Assembly: GCA_044225365.1 (NCBI GenBank)
Contig: JBGAIQ010000014.1
Location: 64,001-128,000, forward strand
Source: Planctomycetota bacterium
GTDB taxonomy: Bacteria > Planctomycetota > B15-G4 > JADJEK01
Reading direction: 5' to 3'
Length of the DNA: 64,000 bases
Each line of letters begins with the position of its first letter. Within the stretch, counting starts at the first letter, position 1. The notes beneath the pieces were generated by a model. The model was given only the letters and a program-made list of their open reading frames with translations. It searched no databases and was not told the origin of the DNA. The translations under genes were made by a program, and so were the position numbers. Below are positions 42,155 through 52,010 of the stretch, one piece after another.

Positions 42155-43215
42155 GAAGAGCCTCCGAGCCGCATCATCAATTCCGCGTTGAGGACCGAGG
42201 CGCCCGCCGCGCCGCGCTCCGCGTTGTGACCGAGCAGGCTGAACTTGATCCCGAGGACGGGGCAGGTCCGGATCCGCCCGACGTGCACCATCATGCCACT
42301 TTCGGTCTCCGCATCACGCCGCGGTTGTGGTCGATCGGCGGCCTCGTGCACGAAGATCGCGCGGCTCGGCGCGGAGGGCAGGCCCTCGGTCGAGGCCGGA
42401 CGCCATTCCGTGAAGGCGCGCTTCACGTCGCTGGGCGAGGGATCGCCCTTCAAGCTCACGCTCACGGCTTCGGTATGACCGTCGAGGACGGGCACGCGAT
42501 GGCAGAGCGCCGAGACCATGAGCTTGGCCGGCTCGATGGCGCTGCCGAGCAGCCTTCCCAACATCTTCGGCACCTCCTCCGCGACCTTGTCCTCCTCGTC
42601 CCGGATGAAGGGGACGACGTTGCCGAGGATGTCGAGGCTCGCGACGCCGGGATATCCCGCACCCGACGTCGCCTGCATCGACGTCATGATCACGGCTTCG
42701 ATGCCGAAAGCGTGCTGGAGCGGCGCGAGGGCCACGGTGAGCATCGTCGCCGTGCAGTTCGGATTGCACACGATCCCGCCCTTCCAGCCGCGACGCTCGT
42801 GCTGCACGTCGAGGAGCGCGAGGTGGGCCGCATTCACTTCCGGAATCAGCAAGGGCACGTCGGGCGCCATGCGAAACGACGACGCGTTGGAGAACACGAG
42901 CGCGCCGGCCTCCGCGAACGCCGGCTCGATCTCCTTCGCCGCCGCCGAATCGAGCGCGCTGAACGCGAAGTCCGCCATCGCGTGGGTGGGATCGCACGGC
43001 AGGACGATCTTGTCGCCGAGCCCTCCGTACGGTTCGCCGTCGAGGCGCCAATCGCAGGCCCGATCGTAGGGCAAGCCCGCGCTCTTCTCCGACGCCGCGA
43101 GGTGCTGGATCTCGAACCACGGGTGATTCGCGAGGCGGCGCACGAAGCGCTGGCCCACGACGCCGGTGGCACCAAGAACGGTGACGGGGAGCTTCTGAAG
43201 GGACTCTCGGCTCAT
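42151..43215 (-). CDS. asd: Aspartate-semialdehyde dehydrogenase
   Basis: LGATG.VGQR, NPNCT, QA.SGAG, EE.K...E..K, RVPVLDGH, HN..RGAAG. Confidence 0.95.
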   Translation of the reverse strand: MSRESLQKLPVTVLGATGVVGQRFVRRLANHPWFEIQHLAASEKSAGLPYDRACDWRLDGEPYGGLGDKIVLPCDPTHAMADFAFSALDSAAAKEIEPAFAEAGALVFSNASSFRMAPDVPLLIPEVNAAHLALLDVQHERRGWKGGIVCNPNCTATMLTVALAPLQHAFGIEAVIMTSMQATSGAGYPGVASLDILGNVVPFIRDEEDKVAEEVPKMLGRLLGSAIEPAKLMVSALCHRVPVLDGHTEAVSVSLKGDPSPSDVKRAFTEWRPASTEGLPSAPSRAIFVHEAADRPQPRRDAETESGMMVHVGRIRTCPVLGIKFSLLGHNAERGAAGASVLNAELMMRLGGSS

Positions 43216-44282
43216 GATGATGGAACGCCTGAATGGCTTGACGAAAGGAAGTACTCGCCGAGCGCGACGAGTCGGTCGATGCCGACCTCGAGCTCGCGAA
43301 GATCGATGTGCTCGTTGGAGGTGTGCGCGACGTCGATGCTGCCCGGACCCACGAGCACGACGACGCCCCCTTTCGCGAGGTGACGCAAGCGCGGCGCATC
43401 GGAGCCGAAGGGCACCGGCTTCCTCGCATGGCCCGGGATCGCGGGGAATCGGTCGAACGTGGTCTCGTGGAAGACTTCGCAGCGCCCCGAGCGCGGCGCG
43501 AGACGCTTCACCCGCGCGGAGAACTCCGAGCCGGGAACGGTCCGGGCCATGATCTTCGCTTCGGCGTGAGCCGGGATCACGTTCAGCGCGCCGCCGCCCT
43601 GGATGAATCCGACGTTGAAGACTTCAGGCCCGAGCTCGGCGTCGACGGGCGAGCCTTCGGCGCGGAGTCGAGCGATCCAGTCGATGAGATCGAGGATCGC
43701 CGAGCGACCTTTCTCGGGACGCCCCGAATGCGCCGGTATGCCATCGCACTGGAGACGCATCTGCACGATGCCGCGCTGACCCGTCGCGAGTTCGTTGTCG
43801 GTCGGCTCGCCATCGATCACCGCCACGAGCGACGGCAGCTTCTTGGAGAGTTCTCTCGCCTTCTGCGCGCCGATGCTGTCGGTCTCTTCGCCGATGACTC
43901 CGAGCCAGGCGATGTCGTGGTGCCCACTTTCGAGCAATCGCCGAATCGCCGCGAACTGCGCGACCATCTGCCCCTTGGCATCGCACGCCCCACGCGCGTG
44001 GACGAAATCACCTTCGAGCCGCGGGGCAAACCACGTCGGAACGGTGTCGAGGTGCGTGCTGAACAGCACCTTCGCGCTTCGAGGGTCGGCGAAAGTGGCG
44101 AGCACGTTGTTGCGTCCGGGCGCGACTTCCTGCAGCTCGACGTCGGCGCCAAGATCCCGCAGAAGGGAGAGCAGCGTGGGGAGTCCGGCATCCTCGCGGC
44201 CGGTGGTCGTATCGTCCCGGCACAGAGCGAGGAGTTGCTCCGCGAGATCACTGCGAGAAGGGGTCGTTCCACGCGCGGCCAT
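43212..44282 (-). CDS. M20 metallopeptidase (ArgE/DapE-like deacylase), probable desuccinylase by context
   Basis: HLDTVP, RGACDAKG, GEE, GEPT, AHS..P..G, GPGSI..AH..NE; first gene of the dap operon. Confidence 0.82.
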   Translation of the reverse strand: MAARGTTPSRSDLAEQLLALCRDDTTTGREDAGLPTLLSLLRDLGADVELQEVAPGRNNVLATFADPRSAKVLFSTHLDTVPTWFAPRLEGDFVHARGACDAKGQMVAQFAAIRRLLESGHHDIAWLGVIGEETDSIGAQKARELSKKLPSLVAVIDGEPTDNELATGQRGIVQMRLQCDGIPAHSGRPEKGRSAILDLIDWIARLRAEGSPVDAELGPEVFNVGFIQGGGALNVIPAHAEAKIMARTVPGSEFSARVKRLAPRSGRCEVFHETTFDRFPAIPGHARKPVPFGSDAPRLRHLAKGGVVVLVGPGSIDVAHTSNEHIDLRELEVGIDRLVALGEYFLSSSHSGVPSS

Positions 44283-44362
44283 CGGCACCTCGTTAGAGAT
44301 GAAGGGTGCCGCGACGAAAGCGCCGAGTCCCGCACCGCCAGCGCGAGGCTCATCGCAATTCC

Positions 44363-44548
44363 ATCCGCTGGCACTTCGCGACCACGACGTAGCGGCGCGA
44401 CAGCCGCCGGGTGTTAGCCCGAGCGTCCAAGAGGGCCGCGGACGTGCGCGACACTCCTTCGGCGATCCTCCCCTTTCACGCGGTGTCGTCGGCCCCGTCG
44501 GCCTCGACCGCGTTACAGCGGCTCATGGGGATCGCTCCTCCAAATCGG
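44363..44548 (-). ncRNA. Lysine riboswitch aptamer
   Basis: Minus strand, in order: TGGAGGAGCG...ATGAG...GAAAGG...CGCCGAAG...TGG...CTGTC-hairpin-GAAGTGCCAG; about 185 nt; lies 5' of lysine biosynthesis genes. Confidence 0.88.
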
Positions 44549-44555
44549 TAGGCGC

Positions 44556-44585
44556 ACGATAACCGGAACGTAGGACGTGAATCAA
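44556..44585 (-). promoter_or_regulatory. Candidate sigma70 promoter for the riboswitch/dap operon
   Basis: TTGATT-N18-TATCGT on the minus strand, ending about 7 nt before the aptamer 5' end. Confidence 0.5.
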
Positions 44586-44708
44586 CCGCGGGAATGCGAA
44601 CTACTGGGATTCGCTGCGACGCAGGTCTTCGAAACGGCGCGAGCACGCGTCCCGGGCGAGGCCGGAACGCGTGCTCCTCCAATTCTGCTTTCCTCGGGCG
44701 CTAGGAGT

Positions 44709-46568
44709 TCAGAACTCCGTATCCGCGCCGTCCGATCCCATGCTCGGGGAGGGCGGAGTGAACTCCGCTTCGGGACTGGAGAACGCCTCCGACTCGACGG
44801 GCGCGGCCACTTCGGTTGCGGCCTCCGCGCGCTCCCCCAGCTTGAAGCGAGCGACGAGCTTGCGGAGGGTCTCGGCCTGTCCCAGCAGTGATTGCGCGGT
44901 CGACGAGAGTTCCTCGGTCTGAGCCGCGTTGGATTGAACGACCTTGTCCATCTGCGCCGTCGCGACGTTCACTTCCTCGACTCCCGACGATTGCTCGCGG
45001 GACGACGCCGCGATCTCGCCGATCAGGGAATTCACGGTCTGGAAGGACGTGAGGATCTCTCCGAGGGACTCGCCGGACCGCGTCACGTAGCTCGCGCCGG
45101 TCTCGACTCGAGCGACCGAGTCACCGATGAGCTCCTTGATCTCCTTGGCCGCGACCGCGCTCCGCTGGGCGAGCGCTCGCACCTCCGACGCCACGACGGC
45201 GAACCCTCGACCCTGATCGCCGGCGCGCGCCGCTTCGACGGCCGCGTTGAGCGCGAGCAGATTCGTCTGGAATGCGATCTCGTCGATCGTCGTGATGATC
45301 TCGGCGATGCGACGCGAGGACTTGCTGATCTCCTCCATCGCGGCGATCGCGTCGTGCATCACTTTCCCACCGGTCTCCGCGGCTCTCGACGATTCCGTCG
45401 TCATGTCGCTCGCTCGCTGCGCGTTCTCCGCGTTCTTTCGAGCCGTGACGGTGATCTCCTCGAGCGACGCTGCCGTTTCTTCCAAGGAGGCTGCCTGAGT
45501 TTGCGATCCGCGAGCGAGTTGATCCGTGGCCCTTGCGAGTTCCGACGACGCGTCGGCAGTACTCGTCGATGCCGCCGAGACGGCGCTCAGAGTGGACTGA
45601 AGCTTGTCGAGTGCCCGGTCGAGCGAATGGGACATCTGGCCCACCTCGTCCCGGGAAGCGACACCGACCCGAACCGTGAGATCTCCTTCCGCGACTTCCG
45701 ACAGGACGGATGCGGCGCGTCCCAGCGGTCGACTTACGAGGACCTTCATGAGCAGGGTCAGCAGCGCCAGGATGCCCACGAGAATGAACCCGCCGATCAC
45801 GGCTGCGCGGGTCGTCGCGGCGTCGACTCTTGCCTCGGTGGGGCCGAGATCACAGATGACTTCGAAAGCGCCGTGCATGTCGCCGACACGTTCGTTCTCC
45901 ATCCGAAAGCCGAGCGGGTCGAGACCGTCGCCGTTGCTGTCGTCGGCGGACGTCCCGTGGCACATCATGCAGTTCGGGCTGAGCTTCAGCGGACGAACCA
46001 CGTGCAGGGTATTCGTCGCTTCATCGACTCGCGTCAGCGACTCCCCCTTCGTTCGCATCAACTCGTCGATCAGACCGCGGGTGAATGGGTCGGGTTCGTT
46101 CGCCGGATTGCGCGCCCCGATTCGAGGAGTCTTGAAGACATACCCCGCTTCTTCGGCTCGCGCCTGAGCGATTCGCCATGCAGCGACGACCGGGATCGTC
46201 TGATACATCGGACTGTGGCGGATGACGTCCATCTTCCCCGCGGCGGGAGCGGTGGCGATCTCTGACTGCAGCTTGGCCAGCATCTCCTCGCTCTTGAAGA
46301 TCGAGGAGTCGTCCTGAAGATCGGAGAAATACTCCATCGAACTCTGGGCCTGCTCCGCGACGGCGTGGGCTTTGCCCTCCAGATCGGTGAATGCCTCCGT
46401 ACTGATGCCTTGGCGGAGGCAGTACGTGCTCACGCCGAAACTGATCAGGAATCCGATACCGACGACGAGGAGGATCTTCGTCGCGAGCCCAAGTCCATTC
46501 GCGTTCGTCGCCATGAATCGATTCCGGTCGAGTTGCAGGGTTGGGGCGGGACGAGCCGCCGTCGTCAT
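44709..46568 (-). CDS. Methyl-accepting chemotaxis protein with a c-type heme (DUF3365/Tll0287-like) periplasmic sensor
   Basis: [17 protein letters not shown]...[29 protein letters not shown]. Confidence 0.92.
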   Translation of the reverse strand: MTTAARPAPTLQLDRNRFMATNANGLGLATKILLVVGIGFLISFGVSTYCLRQGISTEAFTDLEGKAHAVAEQAQSSMEYFSDLQDDSSIFKSEEMLAKLQSEIATAPAAGKMDVIRHSPMYQTIPVVAAWRIAQARAEEAGYVFKTPRIGARNPANEPDPFTRGLIDELMRTKGESLTRVDEATNTLHVVRPLKLSPNCMMCHGTSADDSNGDGLDPLGFRMENERVGDMHGAFEVICDLGPTEARVDAATTRAAVIGGFILVGILALLTLLMKVLVSRPLGRAASVLSEVAEGDLTVRVGVASRDEVGQMSHSLDRALDKLQSTLSAVSAASTSTADASSELARATDQLARGSQTQAASLEETAASLEEITVTARKNAENAQRASDMTTESSRAAETGGKVMHDAIAAMEEISKSSRRIAEIITTIDEIAFQTNLLALNAAVEAARAGDQGRGFAVVASEVRALAQRSAVAAKEIKELIGDSVARVETGASYVTRSGESLGEILTSFQTVNSLIGEIAASSREQSSGVEEVNVATAQMDKVVQSNAAQTEELSSTAQSLLGQAETLRKLVARFKLGERAEAATEVAAPVESEAFSSPEAEFTPPSPSMGSDGADTEF

Positions 46569-46583
46569 CGCGGATCGGCTGGC

Positions 46584-48131
46584 TCAGCTTTGGGTGCCGC
46601 TCAATCGGAACTTCTTCAGTTCCGTGAGCAAGCCCGCGGCCTGGCCCGCGAGGTTGCGCGACGTCTGCATCGCTCGATCGGTTCCGGAGTGGGACTCCTG
46701 GACGACGCGATCGATCTCGTTCATCGCGTCTCGGACCTGACCCATCGCGCTCGACTGTTCGCCGGTGGCATTGCTGATGTCGGCGACGATCGACGCCATC
46801 GACTGGATCGATTCGACGATCCGGTGGAGGCTCTCCCCGGAGTGGCGAACGAGACTGCTGCCGTTCTCGATCTTCGCGACCGAGTCACCGATGAGCTTCT
46901 TCACTTCCTGAGCCGCGTTCGCGCTACGCTGCGCGAGCGACTGGACCTCACTCGCGACGACGGCGAAGCCACGACCCTGATCGCCGGCGCGCGCCGCCTC
47001 GACGGCGGCATTGAGGGCGAGCAGATTGGTCTGGAACGCGATTTCGTCGATCGTCGTGATGATCTCGCGGATCTGCTTCGACGCCACCTCGATCTCCTGC
47101 ATCGACTTGACGGCATCGTCGGTGATCCGACCGCCTTCGTCGGCAAGGTGAGAGGTCTTGTCCGCGAGTTCCTTCGCGCGAGCCGCATGATCGGCCGTGC
47201 TCTGGATCGTGGAGGTGATCTCGGTCACCGACGCGACGGTCTGTTCGAGGCTCGCGGCCTGGCTCTGCGCGCCGTTCGCGAGACTCGAGATGCTCTGCGA
47301 GAGATTGCGGGCGCCGGCGTCGACCTGCTCGGACGACTTGCGGCAGCTCAGGAACGCGTTCTGGATGCGAACGAGGCAGGCGTTGAACCATCGGCCCGCC
47401 GTTCCCAGTTCGTCGCCTTCGTGTTCGTCGACGCGCTGCGTCAGGTCGCCGTCGCCCTGCGCGATCTCACGCAAGCGCTCGATCATCTTGTTGAGCGGGG
47501 TCACGATGCTGTGCGTGATCCACCAGCCGCCGACGAGGAGGATCGAGAGGATCGCGACACCGAGCCACAGGATGTCGCGCTGTGCCGTCGCACTCGTCGC
47601 CACGGCCATCTTGCTCTCTTCGTCGGCGAACTTCTCGAGCTGTTCGCTGATCGCCTCGAGCTTGCCTTCGAGCATGGCGAACGTCTTCAGGAAGTCGGCG
47701 CGCATCGTCATCGCGTTCTTGCGGTCCTTCGCGCAGGTCTCGACGACCTTGCGTGCGACTGCCGCGTATTCGTCGACCGCGGGCCTGACTTCGACGAACG
47801 CCCGGGTGAGTTCCGGCGAGAGAGTCGAAGCGGAGAGCTTGGCGATCGTCTCGCTGATCTCCCGGCCATCCGTTTCCACGGCGTCCTTGGCGTCGGCGAG
47901 TTCGGCATCGTTCTCGGAGAGGAGGGCCTGGAAGACGTCGGCGCGGATCGCATCATGGCTCATATCGGCGGCCATGTGCTGTTGGATCGTATCCGCAACG
48001 GTGTTCGTCAATTCGAGCGACGCGGCGAGCGAGTCGATCCTCGACTTCGAGCCGAATCCGAGCGTCGCGACGAGCGCGAAGGTGGCGCCACAGAGCCAGG
48101 TCAGACGGGCGCGAACGGAAAGACGAATCAT
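46584..48131 (-). CDS. Methyl-accepting chemotaxis protein with a helical-bundle sensor
   Basis: TM, ADM.HDAIRADV helical domain, TM, HAMP GDGDLTQR, signalling hairpin. Confidence 0.93.
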   Translation of the reverse strand: MIRLSVRARLTWLCGATFALVATLGFGSKSRIDSLAASLELTNTVADTIQQHMAADMSHDAIRADVFQALLSENDAELADAKDAVETDGREISETIAKLSASTLSPELTRAFVEVRPAVDEYAAVARKVVETCAKDRKNAMTMRADFLKTFAMLEGKLEAISEQLEKFADEESKMAVATSATAQRDILWLGVAILSILLVGGWWITHSIVTPLNKMIERLREIAQGDGDLTQRVDEHEGDELGTAGRWFNACLVRIQNAFLSCRKSSEQVDAGARNLSQSISSLANGAQSQAASLEQTVASVTEITSTIQSTADHAARAKELADKTSHLADEGGRITDDAVKSMQEIEVASKQIREIITTIDEIAFQTNLLALNAAVEAARAGDQGRGFAVVASEVQSLAQRSANAAQEVKKLIGDSVAKIENGSSLVRHSGESLHRIVESIQSMASIVADISNATGEQSSAMGQVRDAMNEIDRVVQESHSGTDRAMQTSRNLAGQAAGLLTELKKFRLSGTQS

Positions 48132-48391
48132 CGACGACTCCGAGGGCTGTTTGCCGAGTGTTTCTTCGAAGGGGCGTACGAAGCGCGCCTTCGTGTCCTG
48201 GAGATCGAGAGATCGCAGTCCGGATCTGTAGTCGATTCGACCTCCGAAGTCCTTCGGACGGACTCGCGATTCTCATTCGAAACACGAGAGGGAGGAACCA
48301 GAACTCGTACCGCATCCGTCCCGACCTATCCCCCTCGAACTTCATTCGTAGAGGAGGAGATGTCGCTCGCCTCGCCTCGGAGTCACTTCAC

Positions 48392-49471
48392 ATGTTCTCG
48401 ATGCTCTGTTCGCTCGTTCTCGCGCTCGCCCCGGGCGATGGCGCCGCACCTCAGACCAAGACCCTACTCGTCTTCGGCGGCACCAACTTCATCGGCCCGA
48501 ACCTCGTCCCGGCCGCGCAGAAGGCGGGTTTCAAGGTCACTCTCTTCAACCGCGGGAAGACGAACCCCCAACTGTTCCCCGACGTGGAGAAGCTGATGGG
48601 CGATCGCGATCCCAAGGTCGGGGACGGATTGAAGGCGCTCGAAGGTCGGAAGTTCGACGCCATCATCGACGACTCGGGTCACGTCCCGCGTCACGTTCGC
48701 GCCGCTGCGCAGATGCTCGCGAAGGACTCAGGCTTCTACGTCTACGTCAGCAGCCTTTCCGCGTATGCCGGTCACGAGACCAAGGACGCGGACGAATCCG
48801 CTCCGCTTGCCCCGCTCGTCGAGGAAACGGAAGACTACAAAGGCGTGGCGTTCGGGCCGCTGAAGGCTCTGTGCGAGAAGGAAGTGCAGGACGCGTTCAA
48901 GGAACGCTGCGCGATCGTGAGGCCTGGTCTCATCGTCGGCCCCGGCGACAAGAGCGACCGATTCACGTACTGGATCGACCGCATGACGCGGGGAGGCGAT
49001 GTCCTCGCGCCGGGAGCAAAAGACGATCCCATTCGGCTCATCGACGTCCGCGACCTCGCGGAATGGCTCGTGCGGCTCGCGGATCAAAAGACCGCGGGCG
49101 TCTTCAATGCGATCGGGCCCGAAGTACCTCTGACGATGGAGCACGTCCTCGACGCCTGTAAGGAGGCCGCGAATCGAGAGGTCACGATCCACTGGGCCGA
49201 CGAGTCCTTCCTCGACGCGAATGACGTCCACGGCTGGACCGATCTTCCGGTGTGGTTGCCGCCGAGCGGCGGGACGGCGGGCTTCCACACCCGCAGCATC
49301 GCCGCCGCGCTGAAAGCCGGGCTCACGTTTCGACCGATCGACGACACTGCGAAGGCCACTCACGACTGGTGGATGACACTGCCCGAGGAGCGACGCAAGA
49401 CGCTGAAGAACGGCCTGAAGCCCGAGCGCGAGAAGGAACTGATCGGCAAGCTCCAACTCCCGGCGAAGTGA
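48392..49471 (+). CDS. NAD-dependent epimerase/dehydratase family protein with signal-like N-terminus
   Basis: GGTNFIG, FNRG.T, FGPLK..CE, RPGLIVGPGD.SDRFTYW, IDVRDLA. Confidence 0.88.
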   Translation: MFSMLCSLVLALAPGDGAAPQTKTLLVFGGTNFIGPNLVPAAQKAGFKVTLFNRGKTNPQLFPDVEKLMGDRDPKVGDGLKALEGRKFDAIIDDSGHVPRHVRAAAQMLAKDSGFYVYVSSLSAYAGHETKDADESAPLAPLVEETEDYKGVAFGPLKALCEKEVQDAFKERCAIVRPGLIVGPGDKSDRFTYWIDRMTRGGDVLAPGAKDDPIRLIDVRDLAEWLVRLADQKTAGVFNAIGPEVPLTMEHVLDACKEAANREVTIHWADESFLDANDVHGWTDLPVWLPPSGGTAGFHTRSIAAALKAGLTFRPIDDTAKATHDWWMTLPEERRKTLKNGLKPEREKELIGKLQLPAK

Positions 49472-49537
49472 AGCCACGCCGCGGCGGTCGCGACGGCGTA
49501 CACTCGACGCGAAGCGACGAGATCACCGGAGCGCGCC

Positions 49538-50206
49538 ATGGATCGATCCCTCTTCACCGCCGTCGATGATTACCTGAGCGAGCGCATCGTTGGGAGCGAC
49601 TCCGCGCTCGATGCCACGCTCCAATCGATCACGAAGAATGGCCTGCCGGAGATCAATGTCACGGCTCCCCAGGCGAAGTTCCTCGCGATCCTCATCTCGA
49701 TCCACGGCAGCAAGCGCGTGCTCGAGATCGGCACCCTCGCGGGATACAGCGCGATCTGGATGGGGCGCGCGCTGCCGAAGGACGGCCGGCTGATCACGCT
49801 CGAGTTCGAGGAGAAGCACGCACGGATCGCGAAGGAGAACATCGCGCGAGCGGGGTTGTCGAGTGTGATCGATGTTCGTCTCGGCGCCGCGCTCGACAAC
49901 TTGCCGAAGATCGAGACCGAGCGCCTCGGCCCGTTCGACTTCTTCTTCATCGATGCCGACAAGGTCAACAACCCGAACTACTTCGAATGGGCGCTGCGCC
50001 TGTCGCGTCCGGGCAGCGTCATCGTCGTCGACAACGTCGTGCGAGCCGGAAAGATCGTCGATGCGAACTCGACCGAGGAAGCCGTGCGCGGGACTCGCGC
50101 ACTCTTCGATCGGCTCGCCACCGAGAAGCGCGTTCGCGCCACGGCGATCCAGACCGTGGGCAGCAAGGGCTACGACGGATTCGTGCTCGCAATCGTGACG
50201 AAGTGA
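49538..50206 (+). CDS. O-methyltransferase (Methyltransf_3 family)
   Basis: LEIGTLAGYS, FIDADK, VVDNV, GSKGYDG. Confidence 0.92.
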   Translation: MDRSLFTAVDDYLSERIVGSDSALDATLQSITKNGLPEINVTAPQAKFLAILISIHGSKRVLEIGTLAGYSAIWMGRALPKDGRLITLEFEEKHARIAKENIARAGLSSVIDVRLGAALDNLPKIETERLGPFDFFFIDADKVNNPNYFEWALRLSRPGSVIVVDNVVRAGKIVDANSTEEAVRGTRALFDRLATEKRVRATAIQTVGSKGYDGFVLAIVTK

Positions 50207-50212
50207 ACTCGT

Positions 50213-51667
50213 TCAGTGCGGATGCTGCATGAACACGAGGAGATGATGGAACGCGACCTGCTGCGCTTGCGTGAGCGGCGCGGCGCCGGGTTTCTTCAAG
50301 TCGTTCAGTTCGAAGGGGTCGACGAGCAGGTCGTAGAACTCGTCGTGCTGGCTGTTCTCGATGACGCGTCGCAGCTTGTAGCGTAAATTACGCGTCGCGA
50401 TCTCGTGACGCACCGCGCCTCCAAAGAGCGGCTTCTCGCATTCGGTGTACACCATGTCCCGCAAGGGCCGCGAGGTCGGGTCGACGAGGTACGGCAAGAG
50501 GCTCACGGAATCGAGCTCTCGAGTGCTGTAGAGATTCGCGAGTGCGACTCGATCGACTCCCTGTAGATCCATCACCGTCGCGAAGACGTCGGTGAGGCTC
50601 ACGAGAGCGTTCTCCTCGCGACCGGGACTCGCGACGATGGGACCATTGATGATGAGCGGCACGTTCACACCGCCTTCGAAGGTGGTCTCCTTGCACTTGT
50701 TCGAACTGAACGGAGCGACGGGAACGCCGATCGGAGTTCCGTTGTCGCCGCAGAAGACGATGATCGCGTCGGGGCTCGCGAGGCGAATCGCTTTGACCAA
50801 GCGTCCGACCTCGTGATCGAGCGCCTCGAGCATCGCCTTGTAGACCGGTCGGATCTCACCGGGCTGCAGGTTCGAGAGGTCGACCGTGAACATCCAGGGC
50901 GGCGGAGTTTGATACGGCGAGTGCGGCGCGTTGTACGCCACGTGCGCGAAGCGCGGACCCGAGGTCTGCGACCACCAGTTGATGACCTGATCCGTGATGT
51001 ACACGGTGTTGTACTTCGAGACCGTCGTCGGGATGCCGTCGACGAGGTTGTAGTCGAGGTAGAAGTACCCGTTCGGCGGAACCTTCCAGAAGCCGAAAAG
51101 CGTGCCGTCGAAGTGCTCGTAGCCTTGCGTGTTCGGCGCGAGATCGACTCCGGGCTGGGTGTTGGGCGTCAGATGCCACTTGCCGAACTGGGCCGTATCG
51201 ATGTGCATCGGTGCGAGCGCCGACAGGACTTCCGGGACGGTCCATTCCGAATCCGGCAGCCCCTTGGGGCTCGACGCATTGATGATCCACTTCATGTCGA
51301 AGCGAAACGGATAGCGCCCGGTCTGCAAGGAGCCGCGCGATGGTGAGCACACGGGGCTCGACCATGCATTGCGGAACAAGAGGCCGGTTTGCGCCAGCTT
51401 GTCGATGTTCGGCGTCGTCGGCAGATCGTTGCCTTCGTGGTAGCAGTTCAGCATGTCGACGCCGAGGTCGTCGGCGACGATGAGCACCACGTTGGGCGGG
51501 ACGAAGTACGGCGGAGTCGTGCTGCCGCCGCCCAGACTCCCGCCCGGACCCGTCGATTGCGCCGCACTCGACCCCATGGTGCAGAGGCCGAGAAACGCGC
51601 AGGTGGATACGACAAACGAAAACGCGGCAAGGCCGCGAGCTCCTGGTCGGAGGCTCTCGAAAGCCAC
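50213..51667 (-). CDS. Sulfatase (formylglycine-dependent)
   Basis: NVVLIVADDLG, TPNID.LA, CSPSR...TG, GKWHL, APH.P, DNG; start uncertain. Confidence 0.92.
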   Translation of the reverse strand: MAFESLRPGARGLAAFSFVVSTCAFLGLCTMGSSAAQSTGPGGSLGGGSTTPPYFVPPNVVLIVADDLGVDMLNCYHEGNDLPTTPNIDKLAQTGLLFRNAWSSPVCSPSRGSLQTGRYPFRFDMKWIINASSPKGLPDSEWTVPEVLSALAPMHIDTAQFGKWHLTPNTQPGVDLAPNTQGYEHFDGTLFGFWKVPPNGYFYLDYNLVDGIPTTVSKYNTVYITDQVINWWSQTSGPRFAHVAYNAPHSPYQTPPPWMFTVDLSNLQPGEIRPVYKAMLEALDHEVGRLVKAIRLASPDAIIVFCGDNGTPIGVPVAPFSSNKCKETTFEGGVNVPLIINGPIVASPGREENALVSLTDVFATVMDLQGVDRVALANLYSTRELDSVSLLPYLVDPTSRPLRDMVYTECEKPLFGGAVRHEIATRNLRYKLRRVIENSQHDEFYDLLVDPFELNDLKKPGAAPLTQAQQVAFHHLLVFMQHPH

Positions 51668-52010
51668 TGCTCATCTCCAGCGGCCCATCCGACGAACGCA
51701 GGACGCACTTCGCGCTCCAGCGAACGGGAGCGCCACGACCGCAAGACCCCTGCGGTCGCGAATGGCGCTGCGGCGTTCGTTACGCCGAATCTCCTGACCT
51801 ATCCGTCAGCGCCGAGTGGTCGAACGTCGCCGGTCTCTCCAGGCCGCGACGACGCAATTCTAGCAGGGTCCCGCCGGCCGGCGTCAAAACTCCACTCCGC
51901 CGATTCTCACCGATTCGGAATCGTGGACGAGGAAATCGTGATGCAGATCGATCGTGGGGTACGCTCTCCCTTCGGCTTGGATCACGCCCCCCACCCCCCT
52001 CGGATCCCAC

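Noticed and set aside
48135-48170. c-di-GMP-I riboswitch before the MCP genes (GGCAAAC on the minus strand)
   Set aside because: The following GNRA hairpin and GACGCAAA segment are absent, and the motif is too close to the start codon.
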